DNA of 64,000 nt from assembly GCA_963752595.1 (NCBI GenBank), contig CAVVYZ010000001.1, forward strand, positions 160,001-224,000. Direction: 5' to 3'. This document shows, in pieces, positions 19,949 through 29,448 of this stretch. This stretch comes from an uncultured delta proteobacterium (GTDB taxonomy: Bacteria; Desulfobacterota; Desulfomonilia; UBA1062). A model generated the notes under the pieces. It saw nothing but the letters and a program-made list of their open reading frames with translations. It was not told the origin of the DNA and ran no database searches. Both the position numbers and the translations under genes were made by a program. How positions within the stretch are numbered: position 1 is the stretch's first letter; each line of letters opens with the position of its first letter.

Positions 19949-20005
19949 TTGACAGGAGTCGGGTTATCATTAAAATGGTCCAATGGTCGGACCACCGAAC
20001 CAATA
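19949..20005 (+). promoter_or_regulatory. sigma70 promoter with FadR-type operator
   Basis: TTGACA-N16-TAAAAT (19949-19976) followed by ATGGTCCAA-TGGTCGGACCA-CCGAACCAAT (TGGT-N3-ACCA core). Confidence 0.75.
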
Positions 20006-20019
20006 ACAAGGAGAAAGCG

Positions 20020-20745
20020 ATGACAACTTTGACTTTTGCACGGCCGCTGACACGGAACAAGCTTTCCGAAGAGATAGAGAATATTCTTTTAAAGGGCATC
20101 ATCATGGGCCAGCTGCGAGTGGGCGAAAAGCTTCCTACGGAAAGGGAGCTCGCACTGGACCTCGGCGTCAACAGATCAACAGTCAGGGCAGGCTTGAGCA
20201 AGCTCGAATCTCTTGACCTCGTCGAGATACGCCACGGCGACGGCGTATATGTGAAGAATTATCTCGAGAGCGGAAATCTCGAGCTCATCAGGGCAATGAT
20301 CCGGCTCGACGATGAGCAGAGGGACAGCATCATCTCGACCCTGCTCGAGTTTCGCACCATCATCGGCCCCGAGATGGCCTCGCTTGCAGCAAGGAACAGG
20401 ACGGACGAGCACCTTGCCTCCCTGGAAGAGGTAATCTGGAAAAACCGAGATCTCTCCATGCTGGAAAAAGATATCAAGGTGCATCATATCATCGGCCTGG
20501 CAAGCGCCAACATCCTGTATCTGTTTCTGTTGAACTTTTTCAATAAGTTCGTAACGGAATATGGGTATCTCTATTTCAATGATCCTGAAAACATAGCGCG
20601 ATCCCAGCGTTTCCATGAGGAAATCTACCATGCCGTCCGCGAAAAAGACGCCGGAGAAGCGAGAAGGATCATGGAGGATGTCATGAAATTCGCAGAAGAC
20701 GCGGTGGTCGACAAGCTGCAGATCGGGAAGAAATCAAGGAGGTAA
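20020..20745 (+). CDS. GntR/FadR-family regulator
   Basis: GEKLPTERELALDLGVNRSTVR...RHGDGVYV wHTH plus FCD domain; AAGGAG RBS before ATG 20020. Confidence 0.92.
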   Translation: MTTLTFARPLTRNKLSEEIENILLKGIIMGQLRVGEKLPTERELALDLGVNRSTVRAGLSKLESLDLVEIRHGDGVYVKNYLESGNLELIRAMIRLDDEQRDSIISTLLEFRTIIGPEMASLAARNRTDEHLASLEEVIWKNRDLSMLEKDIKVHHIIGLASANILYLFLLNFFNKFVTEYGYLYFNDPENIARSQRFHEEIYHAVREKDAGEARRIMEDVMKFAEDAVVDKLQIGKKSRR

Positions 20746-20749
20746 GAAC

Positions 20750-22429
20750 ATGGAAAGGTTTATTGAAAAGCACACGAAAGAACATTTTGACGTGATTGTG
20801 GTCGGAGGAGGCATTACCGGCGCCTCTGTTGCCTATGATGCAGCGAGCCGCGGCTTGAAGACGGCGCTGGTGGAGAAAAAAGATTTTTCGGGGGCTACCT
20901 CTTCAGCCACCTCGAAGCTTATCCATGGAGGGTTGCGCTACCTTGCGAACATGGAATTCTCACTGGTGAGGGAATCGCTCAAAGAGAGGAAAATCCTCGA
21001 AGATATCGCGCCGAACTTTGTCTATCCGTTTCCCATGCTCATGACTCACTACAAGTCCACGCTCAAGAACAGCAAGTGGGCGATAAAGGCCGGCCTCACC
21101 ATCTACGACATCCTTTCCTATGACCGCGGCAAAACGTGGGACGAGAGCAAGAAGATTCCTCTTCACAAGACGATATCGACCAGAAAAGCCGTCGAGATGC
21201 AGCCGTGCCTGAAAGAGCAGAAGCTGACGGGCGCTTCGATCTTTTATGACTGCATGAGCATTTTCCCCGAGCGCCTCACGCTCGCATTCATCAAATCCGC
21301 CATAGCCTTTGGCGCAAAGGTCGCGAACTATACAAAGGTGGACGGGTTCATCGTCGACGATGCCGGCAGGGTGGCTGGGGTGAAGGTGACGGATACCCTG
21401 AACGATACCCATCATGAAATCAAAGGAGATATCACCATCAATTGCGGAGGTCCCTGGGCCGACATTCTCCTGGGGCTCGCAAAAAAAGGAGAGGTGAACG
21501 AGACACTTCGCCGTTCCGAAGGAATACATATCATTACAGATAAAAAGGTTGATGACGGCAGCGTGGTTGCATCCATGACGCCCAAGGGCAGGCATTTCTT
21601 CCTGATCCCCTGGCGGGGGCATACGCTCATAGGAACCACGGACAAGGAATATGTCGGGAGCCCGGATCAGTACCGCGTCACCAGGCAGAGCATCATGGAG
21701 CTTATCGATGAGGTGAACTCCACCTTCGGGGAAGGCTTCGTGAAATTTGATGAAGTGAAACATACCTATGGCGGTTTGCGCCCCCTGGTGGAGGAACAGA
21801 CCGAGGGAACGTACGAGTCTTCGAGAAAGTACGAGATCTACGACAATGCCGCAGACGGCCTCGACGGCCTCATCACCGTTGAAGGCGGCAAGTATACCAC
21901 CAGCAGGAACCTCGCGCAGAAAGTAATGGACCTTGTGTGGCAGAAGACGAGCAAGCCCATGGGCCAGGCCATTACGGCCATGCGGTATCTCCACGGCTGC
22001 GAGATCCGGGATATCACCACATTCATCGAAGGCGCCAAGCAGAAGCACCCCGGCTTCAGCGCGAAGACCCTTGAATACGTGGGCAGGCATTACGGCACCG
22101 AATATGAGAAGGTCCTCGGGATAGCAGAAAAAGACAAAAAATATGCAGAGGTCGTCACCCATGACGGTGAGATCCTGGCCGAGGTTGTATTTGCGATACG
22201 GCATGAGATGGCCGGATCCTTAAGTGATATCGTGCTCAGGAGGACAGGCATCGCGACGCTCGGCAACCCGGGAGAGGATATCCTGCACAAGGTAGCAGCA
22301 GTTGCCGCCCGCGAGCTTGGCTGGGATAAAAAGAAGAAGGAGCGGGAGTACAGGGCCGTGGTCGAGCTGCTGGCGATCCCCGGTATGGGGACAGAGGATA
22401 ATCGGGAAACGACATCCGGGAGGAAGTGA
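20750..22429 (+). CDS. glpD: FAD-dependent glycerol-3-phosphate dehydrogenase/oxidase
   Basis: VGGGITGA, GATSSATSKLIHGGLRYL, IGTTD, GLRPLV and GGKYTTSR. Confidence 0.9.
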   Translation: MERFIEKHTKEHFDVIVVGGGITGASVAYDAASRGLKTALVEKKDFSGATSSATSKLIHGGLRYLANMEFSLVRESLKERKILEDIAPNFVYPFPMLMTHYKSTLKNSKWAIKAGLTIYDILSYDRGKTWDESKKIPLHKTISTRKAVEMQPCLKEQKLTGASIFYDCMSIFPERLTLAFIKSAIAFGAKVANYTKVDGFIVDDAGRVAGVKVTDTLNDTHHEIKGDITINCGGPWADILLGLAKKGEVNETLRRSEGIHIITDKKVDDGSVVASMTPKGRHFFLIPWRGHTLIGTTDKEYVGSPDQYRVTRQSIMELIDEVNSTFGEGFVKFDEVKHTYGGLRPLVEEQTEGTYESSRKYEIYDNAADGLDGLITVEGGKYTTSRNLAQKVMDLVWQKTSKPMGQAITAMRYLHGCEIRDITTFIEGAKQKHPGFSAKTLEYVGRHYGTEYEKVLGIAEKDKKYAEVVTHDGEILAEVVFAIRHEMAGSLSDIVLRRTGIATLGNPGEDILHKVAAVAARELGWDKKKKEREYRAVVELLAIPGMGTEDNRETTSGRK

Positions 22430-24147
22430 TGCTCACGAAAAAAGTGTTCCAGCCTGACTGGACGGAAACAGCGCCAAGGAAAGGCACCATCAGGTCCATC
22501 GTGAAATACGGCAAGCAGGATGCCTTCAAGCATCCGAGTCACGGGTGGGTCGGCATGATGATGGATGAGTTTGCCATGGATAAGGATGATTTTAGCCGCA
22601 AGGTCGAGGAAGGGAACACCGAGGTGGTGCTTGAGAAACCGGTAGCGCTCGACGCAAAGCATATTGAGCGGTTCCGGGAAATCGTCGGAAAAGAAAATGT
22701 CGTAAACGACGGCTACAGCAGGGTCAAGTATGCCTACGGCAAAACCACCGAAGAGCTCATGGAGCTTCGCAAAGGCATCATCCGGGAGGTGGCCGACGTT
22801 GTGGTGCACCCGAGGGATAAGCAAGACGTGAAGGACCTGGTTGCCTACTGCAACGAAAACCGCATTCCCATCTATGTATTCGCTGCAGGTTCCTCGGTGA
22901 ATTTCGGTGTGAGGCCCGCCAAAGGAGGCGTGACCCTGGTGATCAGCACGCACATGAACAAGCTTCTCGAAATCAACGAGGCCGACCAGACAGCCCGGGT
23001 CCAGCCCGGTATGTTCGGCCCAGCCTATGAAGAGGCCCTCAACCGTGCGCCCGAGATCTACGGCACGAAAAGAAAATATACCTGCGGGCACTTCCCCCAG
23101 TCGTTCGAGTACTCAACGGTCGGCGGATGGGTCGTCACGCTCGGGTCGGGACAGGCGTCTACCTATTACGGCGATGCCTGCGACCTCGTCATCAGCCAGG
23201 AATACGTGACCCCGGCAGGCACGTTTGAAACGCATGAATTCCCCGCATCGGCCACGGGCCCGAAGGTGAGCGACATCATGAAGGGCTCCGAAGGCACGTA
23301 CGGGATCCTCGTGGAAGTGGTCATGAAGATCTACCGCTTCATGCCCGAGAACAGGAAATACTTCAGCTTCATGTTCCCCTCGTGGGATGCTGCAGTCGAT
23401 GCGAGCAGGGAGATCATGCAGGCCGAATTCGGAAAGCCTGCGATTTTCAGGATATCCGACCCGGAAGAGACCGACCGGGGCCTCAAGCTCTACGGCATTC
23501 CTTCATTCGTTGACAGGTATCTGGTAAAGAAAGGCTTCCTTCCCATGGAGCGCTGCCTGTGCCTGGGTACTGTGGAGGGAGAGGGCGGCTACACGAAGCT
23601 CGTCAAGAAAAAGATCATAAAGGTGTGCAAATCCTACGGCGCTCGCTACCTGACAGGCTATGCGGCAAAAAAGTGGGAGAAGACCCGGTACACCGAGCCA
23701 TACATGCGTGAGGACCTGCAGGATTACGGCATCCAGATCGATACCCTAGAGGCGAGCGTCACCTGGGCAAACCTCCATCAGGTGCACGAGGGTGTGAGAG
23801 CCTACATCAAGAACAGGCCCAAAACCATGTGCATGACCCATGCCTCCCACTTTTATCCCCAGGGTACGAACCTGTATTTCATTTTCATTATGAAAACCAC
23901 GGATGTCGAGGAATTCAAGTCCTTCCAGCGGGGTGTCATCGAGGCAATCATGAAGAACGGCGGCTCCCTGAGCCACCACCACGGTGTCGGCCGTATGATG
24001 GCGCCGTACCTTGACGAATACCTGGGACCTGAGCAGATGGATGCTTTACGGGCTCTGAAAAAGCATTTCGATCCGAACGGCATCCTGAACCCCGGCGGTC
24101 AGCTGGGCCTGGACCTGCCCGAGGATAAGAGGGTACACCTGAAGTAG
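22426..24147 (+). CDS. Alkyl-dihydroxyacetonephosphate synthase-like FAD-binding oxidoreductase
   Basis: GHFPQSFEYSTVGGW, PASATGP, GSEGTYGI, RISD.EET, DTLE, HASHFY and SLSHHHGVG (triple His); NPG at the C-terminus. Confidence 0.88.
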   Translation: MMLTKKVFQPDWTETAPRKGTIRSIVKYGKQDAFKHPSHGWVGMMMDEFAMDKDDFSRKVEEGNTEVVLEKPVALDAKHIERFREIVGKENVVNDGYSRVKYAYGKTTEELMELRKGIIREVADVVVHPRDKQDVKDLVAYCNENRIPIYVFAAGSSVNFGVRPAKGGVTLVISTHMNKLLEINEADQTARVQPGMFGPAYEEALNRAPEIYGTKRKYTCGHFPQSFEYSTVGGWVVTLGSGQASTYYGDACDLVISQEYVTPAGTFETHEFPASATGPKVSDIMKGSEGTYGILVEVVMKIYRFMPENRKYFSFMFPSWDAAVDASREIMQAEFGKPAIFRISDPEETDRGLKLYGIPSFVDRYLVKKGFLPMERCLCLGTVEGEGGYTKLVKKKIIKVCKSYGARYLTGYAAKKWEKTRYTEPYMREDLQDYGIQIDTLEASVTWANLHQVHEGVRAYIKNRPKTMCMTHASHFYPQGTNLYFIFIMKTTDVEEFKSFQRGVIEAIMKNGGSLSHHHGVGRMMAPYLDEYLGPEQMDALRALKKHFDPNGILNPGGQLGLDLPEDKRVHLK

Positions 24148-24258
24148 CCGGGTGGTCCCGGATTGATTATCCCCCATGCAGCTTCCCTTATGAGAAGGGG
24201 GAAGGCATGGGGCATGGTTTATCAGGAGCATTCATCGACGGACGGAGGCATCCAAAAA

Positions 24259-24651
24259 TCAGAGAGACGGAATCTTTTTCACGGTGCTCAGGACGATGTA
24301 GACCCCCAGGAAGATCACGAATACCCCGAAGGCAAGGCGTAAGTATGCTTCGGGTATCCTGCTTGCAACATACGAACTGATCCATGCCCCTATGAAAAGC
24401 CCCAGGGCAACGATGATCGCAGCCCGAAAGTCGACATCCCCGTGGCGGTAATACTCCAGCACGGCCCCAAGGCCCACCGGCGGCAAGAGGATCGCAAGGC
24501 TGGTTCCGATGGCGGTATGCTGGGAAAAACCGATGAGATAAACCAGGGCAGGAACGATGATGACGCCTCCGCCGATGCCGAACATGCCCGATACGATTCC
24601 CGATATCAAACCGATCAAAGCAAGAATAACGATGCCTGATCCATGATCCAT
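24259..24651 (-). CDS. Half-size TauE/SafE (TSUP) family membrane protein
   Basis: SGMFGIGGGVIIVPAL..QHTAIGTSLA; 4 TM helices, 130 aa. Confidence 0.85.
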   Translation of the reverse strand: MDHGSGIVILALIGLISGIVSGMFGIGGGVIIVPALVYLIGFSQHTAIGTSLAILLPPVGLGAVLEYYRHGDVDFRAAIIVALGLFIGAWISSYVASRIPEAYLRLAFGVFVIFLGVYIVLSTVKKIPSL

Positions 24652-24821
24652 GAGCGACCCCCCTCTGATTCTTGTCTATAAAATCAAGAATAATGAAAGG
24701 GAGTAGCACATGCCAATCAAAAACGATATAAATCGTCAGTGATAAATTTATCAGCAGATTCTTGAAATGCTTAAAGGAAACCCGGAAATACCGTGTACCG
24801 GGCGGAAAGTGCGGCAGTCTT

Positions 24822-26423
24822 TCAGAAAAGGTGCTGCCTGATGATCTCCTGCAGTTTTTCGGCACTGAAAGGTTTATGGAGAAAACCCGAGACTCCTGCC
24901 TTTTGAGCCAGATCTTCCTGGGAGGATTCCGATTCCGTGGTGACCATCAGGACCGGAATATCGGCATGGCCCGGCATGCATCGCACATTTGTGGTAAACT
25001 CTATTCCGTCCATAACGGGCATGTTCATGTCGGTCAGGACAAGGCAAAGCTTTTCCCTGCCCGAGAGGACATCCAGCGCGTCTTTGCCGTTTTCGGCAGT
25101 GGATATCTTCAAGCCCATGGATGCGGCGATGCTTCTGTAGAAGTTCAGCATGGCCTTTGAATCGTCGACAGCGAGAATATGAAGGTCTTTTGCCTTGCCG
25201 GAGACACTTTCGAGTGCCCGTGCATCGGTTCGAGCCCGGCAGACGGCCATCTCAGCGAGTTTTTCACGGAACAGCCGGATGAGTTCGTCATCTCCGGAAT
25301 TGCCGATCTCTTCGATAAGCAGGGAAGCGATCGTTTCATTGCCGGTGTAGAGGCCTTCGAAAATGTTCAGTGCCCTGGATGCGACAACAGCCTTTACCAG
25401 CTTCATACTCTGTCCGCTTCCCGCCACTATGATTCCTGATATCTTCTCCTGGATCCAGGGGTTCAGATGCGTATCGAGCGAAGAAACCACTGCCATGAGG
25501 ACCATTGCATCGGTCTCTTCCAGGGCATCGACGAGACAGACCAGGCTTGTCATCCCCGGGGTCCTCCCGAGCGATTCATAGATCGCGAAACGGATGTTGG
25601 GGTGCTGTGCAAGACCCTTATCCAGGGCCTTGACGAGGACATCGCCGGCCTCCTTGCTGCCGATACTGCCGAGTATGTCGGCGGCAAGTATTTTTTCGTC
25701 CACATCGCCGTGCTGAAAGATTTCGGCCAGGGGTTCTACGGCAGCAGGCCCCAAATCTGCCAGTTCCTGGTGGATCAATCTGCGTGCTGCAGGGTTCCGG
25801 TGGTGTACCTTTGATGCAAGAAAACAGACGGCATCCTTGTCTTTGAGTTTGGCCAGGGTCATGATGGCGCTTGCTGCAGGCAGGTCGCATTCTCCGCCGA
25901 AAACATTCGATTCGGCTTCTGAAATGATTTCACACATCCGGTTCATTGACGAGAGGTCTCCCAAGGCCCCGAGTATCTCGATGCACTGGGAGGAAATGAG
26001 CGGGTCTTCATGGTCCATGAATTTTATAAAAAGATCAAGAGATCCGGGAGGCAGTATCTGGGAAATGGAGGAGATAAGTGCGAAGAGCAACCCGTATTCT
26101 TTTTTATCACAGGCTTTATCAGCCACCCCGAGCAATACATCCCCTGCCGATTTGAATTTTTTCTGCCCTGCGACATCGATACATATCCTCTGTATCTCGC
26201 GGTTCTCTGATTGGAGAAACGCAACCGTATGAGATTCGCTCCCTGCGAACAGTGACTTCACGGTATCTCTGATAACCAGCCCGACTGCCTCGTGCCGTGA
26301 GATCTTCTCGATGAGACGAATGATCTCGGGAATGGATTCATAATCTTTATTCTGAACGAGCGAACTCATGAGTGAAACCTGTTCAATGAAGTCTCTTGAT
26401 TCAAAATCCTTGAGTTGGGTCAT
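24822..26423 (-). CDS. HEAT-repeat protein with C-terminal CheY-like receiver domain
   Basis: Repeated helical HEAT-like units (ILGALGD, ILGSIGS, RFAIYESLG); REC motifs AVDDS, TDMNMP, VTT and KPF intact. Confidence 0.85.
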   Translation of the reverse strand: MTQLKDFESRDFIEQVSLMSSLVQNKDYESIPEIIRLIEKISRHEAVGLVIRDTVKSLFAGSESHTVAFLQSENREIQRICIDVAGQKKFKSAGDVLLGVADKACDKKEYGLLFALISSISQILPPGSLDLFIKFMDHEDPLISSQCIEILGALGDLSSMNRMCEIISEAESNVFGGECDLPAASAIMTLAKLKDKDAVCFLASKVHHRNPAARRLIHQELADLGPAAVEPLAEIFQHGDVDEKILAADILGSIGSKEAGDVLVKALDKGLAQHPNIRFAIYESLGRTPGMTSLVCLVDALEETDAMVLMAVVSSLDTHLNPWIQEKISGIIVAGSGQSMKLVKAVVASRALNIFEGLYTGNETIASLLIEEIGNSGDDELIRLFREKLAEMAVCRARTDARALESVSGKAKDLHILAVDDSKAMLNFYRSIAASMGLKISTAENGKDALDVLSGREKLCLVLTDMNMPVMDGIEFTTNVRCMPGHADIPVLMVTTESESSQEDLAQKAGVSGFLHKPFSAEKLQEIIRQHLF

Positions 26424-26455
26424 GCGTTTTTCCTCCGGCTGTCTCTCATTAAGGA

Positions 26456-26917
26456 TTATTTCTCGAAGCAGACCTCAAAGGTGAAGTCACCGTTTTCCGT
26501 GCTGAAAGGGACGGCTATGATGGGATACGTTGTCATATGGGTGATAACATGATTTTTGCCGGTGATAACCGTAGGGATTGCGCCCTTGACGGTCTTGCCC
26601 ATTGCCTGAAGTTTCTGCCGGCCGTTTCCGGAAACGATGTTGAGGATTTCTCCGACCGCGTCCTTGACCTCGTCGTTGATATCCTGGATTTCCTCACCGA
26701 ACATCTTGGAGACAATCTTGAGGATGCACTTTTTCGTGAAGGTAACCGATATTGTTCCTTTAGCCTCTCCGCTTAAGCCCACGATTCCCGAGACATCGCC
26801 CTGGGCCACGAAATCTTTTTTCAGATAAGGCGTTCCCACATGTGCATTGGTGAAGGCAAGCGATGACAGCACATAGATAGTTGCATCGATAAATGGGTTC
26901 ACCATCTGTACATCCAT
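26456..26917 (-). CDS. cheX: CheX chemotaxis phosphatase (copy 1)
   Basis: VNPFI, DVSGIVGLSG, DAVGEILNIVSG (E-x2-N), PTVITG.NH and VPF.TENG.F. Confidence 0.92.
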   Translation of the reverse strand: MDVQMVNPFIDATIYVLSSLAFTNAHVGTPYLKKDFVAQGDVSGIVGLSGEAKGTISVTFTKKCILKIVSKMFGEEIQDINDEVKDAVGEILNIVSGNGRQKLQAMGKTVKGAIPTVITGKNHVITHMTTYPIIAVPFSTENGDFTFEVCFEK

Positions 26918-27007
26918 AGTATCCTCGCCACCGTATTGATCCGGTACTTATGTGGGTTATATCGGCAACGGCGTAATGAATATTGAACAATAAAATGAGC
27001 GAAAATA

Positions 27008-27649
27008 CTATGGTGCCGCGGGCATGCAGAGTGTGTATGCGGCAATGCCGAAGGCAACGGAAGCATTCAGAGAGGTCTTGGTTCCTCTCATGGGAATGTG
27101 AAAAACCTTGTCGCAGAGACTAAGGATATCAGGATCGACGCCGGATATCTCGTTGCCGACGATGAGTACCACAGGCGGCCCCTCGATCTCCCGAAGCGCT
27201 TCCTGCAGAGGCAGGGAGGTGTTTCCTCCCTCCAGTGCCCACAGTCTCCTGCCCGATTCCTTGAGCCGCCCTGCTGCAATGAGCCCGTTTGTCATGTAAC
27301 TCCAGGGCACGGCTTCCTGGGCGCCCAATGCGGTTTTTGCGAGTCTGGGGTTGTCCGGTGTGGGGGTCATGCCGCAGAGATAAAGGTGGGAAATGCCTGC
27401 ACCGTCAGACGTCCTGAACATTGATCCCACATTATAGAGGCTGCGGATATTGTCCAGGAGTGCTTCGATGCGAGGCCCGCACAACAGGTCTGCTCCTCTG
27501 CTCACCTGGTGCTCTTCATAGGGAGCGGTAACCGGCCTGGTGAGGAAACCGCACAGGGGACACCTGTCTTTCAAGCCCGGCATCTCGACAACAGGAAACC
27601 TCATCCTGCACGATGAGTTTTCACATTCCATGATGATATGCCGAATCAC
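27008..27649 (-). CDS. SpoU/TrmH-family RNA 2'-O-methyltransferase with N-terminal Cys4 zinc-ribbon-like extension
   Basis: LDNIRSLYNVGSMFRTSD, VGNEISG and IPMRG.KTSLNASVA; N-terminal CENSSC...CPLCG. Exact start uncertain (27649 GTG or 27631 ATG). Confidence 0.85.
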   Translation of the reverse strand: MIRHIIMECENSSCRMRFPVVEMPGLKDRCPLCGFLTRPVTAPYEEHQVSRGADLLCGPRIEALLDNIRSLYNVGSMFRTSDGAGISHLYLCGMTPTPDNPRLAKTALGAQEAVPWSYMTNGLIAAGRLKESGRRLWALEGGNTSLPLQEALREIEGPPVVLIVGNEISGVDPDILSLCDKVFHIPMRGTKTSLNASVAFGIAAYTLCMPAAP

Positions 27650-27886
27650 GCCGCCCACATTTAATTGAATATCACAGAGGGGAGGAAACGGGCAAACAGA
27701 ACCGCTCCTTTGAGGGGGCACTCCAATAAAAAAAGACCGGGTTGGATTCCCCTTCTTCCTCTCCCCTTAGGGTATCCGCATAGCAAAGTCGTGAGAGGAC
27801 ACAGAGAACGAGGGCAGCTTTGATACTCTGCTGCTCGCTTAAGGGGTACTTTATCTGTCCTGTCGGAAACGATACCCGAGAAGAGG

Positions 27887-28348
27887 CTATTCCTCTATGC
27901 AGATCTCGATGGTGAATCCGCCGTTATCGGTTTCGAAAGGAACGGCAACGATCGACTGCTTGGTAATATGGGTAATGGTGTGGTTCTTCCCGGCGATCAC
28001 GGTAGGGATGGCGCCCTTCAGTATCTTGCCGGTAGTCTCGATCTTTTTTCTTGCTTGCCCGGATACGATGTTGAGGATCTCTCCGACCGCGTCCTTGACC
28101 TCGTCATTGATCTCCTTGATCTCTTCGCCGAACATATTGCTGACGATAGCGAGAATGCACTCCTCGGTAAAACTGACGGAAATGGTCCCGCTCGCCTCGC
28201 CGATCAGGCCGACAATTCCGGTGACATCCCCTTTGGCAACAGTATCTTTCTTGAGGTAGGGCTTCCCTGCAGTGGCTTTTGTATATGCCATGCTCGACAG
28301 CACGTGAAGGGTCGCTTCAATGAATGGATTTACCAGTTTTACATCCAT
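27887..28348 (-). CDS. cheX: CheX chemotaxis phosphatase (copy 2)
   Basis: 153 aa, collinear with and highly similar to copy 1, including EVKDAVGEILNIVSG. Confidence 0.92.
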   Translation of the reverse strand: MDVKLVNPFIEATLHVLSSMAYTKATAGKPYLKKDTVAKGDVTGIVGLIGEASGTISVSFTEECILAIVSNMFGEEIKEINDEVKDAVGEILNIVSGQARKKIETTGKILKGAIPTVIAGKNHTITHITKQSIVAVPFETDNGGFTIEICIEE

Positions 28349-28478
28349 GACATCCTCTCTGATGAAGGTTTAGTAATCATGACCTCACTATCGGTCAATG
28401 ACATTGATAAAATTAGTATGAGATGAAGTCTTTTCATAATTAATATTTATGTATTTCCGCCCTTGCCGGAAAAAACGG

Positions 28479-29435
28479 TCACTGGCGGCCTGCCTGTTCG
28501 TTGTCCAGGATGGTAGAACCATCGTTTCCGACAGCGGCATCCGCATCGAACCCGGCCCTCCACAGCTGGGAAACAAGCATGCCCAGCAGCATGAGAGAGC
28601 ACCCGATAAGCTGTCTCGTAGAGAGCTGCTCGCTGAGTATGATCCATCCTCCGAGGGCTGCGAACACCGCCTCCAGGCTCAAGAGGATTGCAGCATGTGC
28701 GCTGGGAGCTTCTCTCTGGCCTACGATCTGGAGAGTATAGGCTATGCCCACGGATATGGCGCCGCCGTAGAATATGGGCCATGCAGCATTGCGCAGGGAC
28801 TCAGCCGTAATCGACTCGCTGAAAGTCGCTGTGGCCAGGCTCAAAATCGCGCACGCCGCACACTGGAAAAACGCAAGCCTGAAGGAATCCATCTTCGGTG
28901 AGTACCGGCCGATGACGAGCACGTGCGCTGCCCAGAAAAAGGCCCCGAGAAGCACCAGGAAATCCCCGTAAGAAATCTTCAACGTTCGGGTCACACTTAA
29001 GAGATACAGGCCTGCGGCTGCAAACAGGGCGCCGAGCCATGTGCCTTTGGATGCCTTCTGGCTGAAAAGGAGCCCGAGGATTGGTACGAGCACGACATAG
29101 AGGCCGGTGATGAATCCGGCATTGCCCGCAGTTGTATACACAAGACCCACCTGCTGCAGCGATGCACCGGCAAAGAGCAGACAGCCCGCAAGGAGCCCGA
29201 CCTTGAACATGCCGCCTGTTCCTGCGGACAAGGATTTATGTGAAGCGCGCGGTCTTAGCATACCGGTGAAAAGAATGACCGGGAGAAGCACGAGTGCACC
29301 CAGCGCGAAGCGCACCCCGTTAAAGGTGAAAGGGCTTACATCTTCCATCCCCATACGCTGAGCTACGAAGGCAAAGCCCCAGAGGAGTGCGGTGATGAAG
29401 AGCATCAGATCGGATCGCAGGGCGCGTACGTTCAT
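28479..29435 (-). CDS. DMT/EamA-family transporter
   Basis: LWGFAFVAQ, LQQVGLVYTTAGNAGFITGLY, AYTLQIVGQ and SLEAVFAA; about 10 TM helices. Confidence 0.92.
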   Translation of the reverse strand: MNVRALRSDLMLFITALLWGFAFVAQRMGMEDVSPFTFNGVRFALGALVLLPVILFTGMLRPRASHKSLSAGTGGMFKVGLLAGCLLFAGASLQQVGLVYTTAGNAGFITGLYVVLVPILGLLFSQKASKGTWLGALFAAAGLYLLSVTRTLKISYGDFLVLLGAFFWAAHVLVIGRYSPKMDSFRLAFFQCAACAILSLATATFSESITAESLRNAAWPIFYGGAISVGIAYTLQIVGQREAPSAHAAILLSLEAVFAALGGWIILSEQLSTRQLIGCSLMLLGMLVSQLWRAGFDADAAVGNDGSTILDNEQAGRQ

Positions 29436-29448
29436 GTACGTATACGGT

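Noticed and set aside
27720-27886. 6S RNA call for the long hairpin
   Set aside because: Too short, no recognisable 6S sequence motifs or usual gene context; kept only as an unexplained structure.
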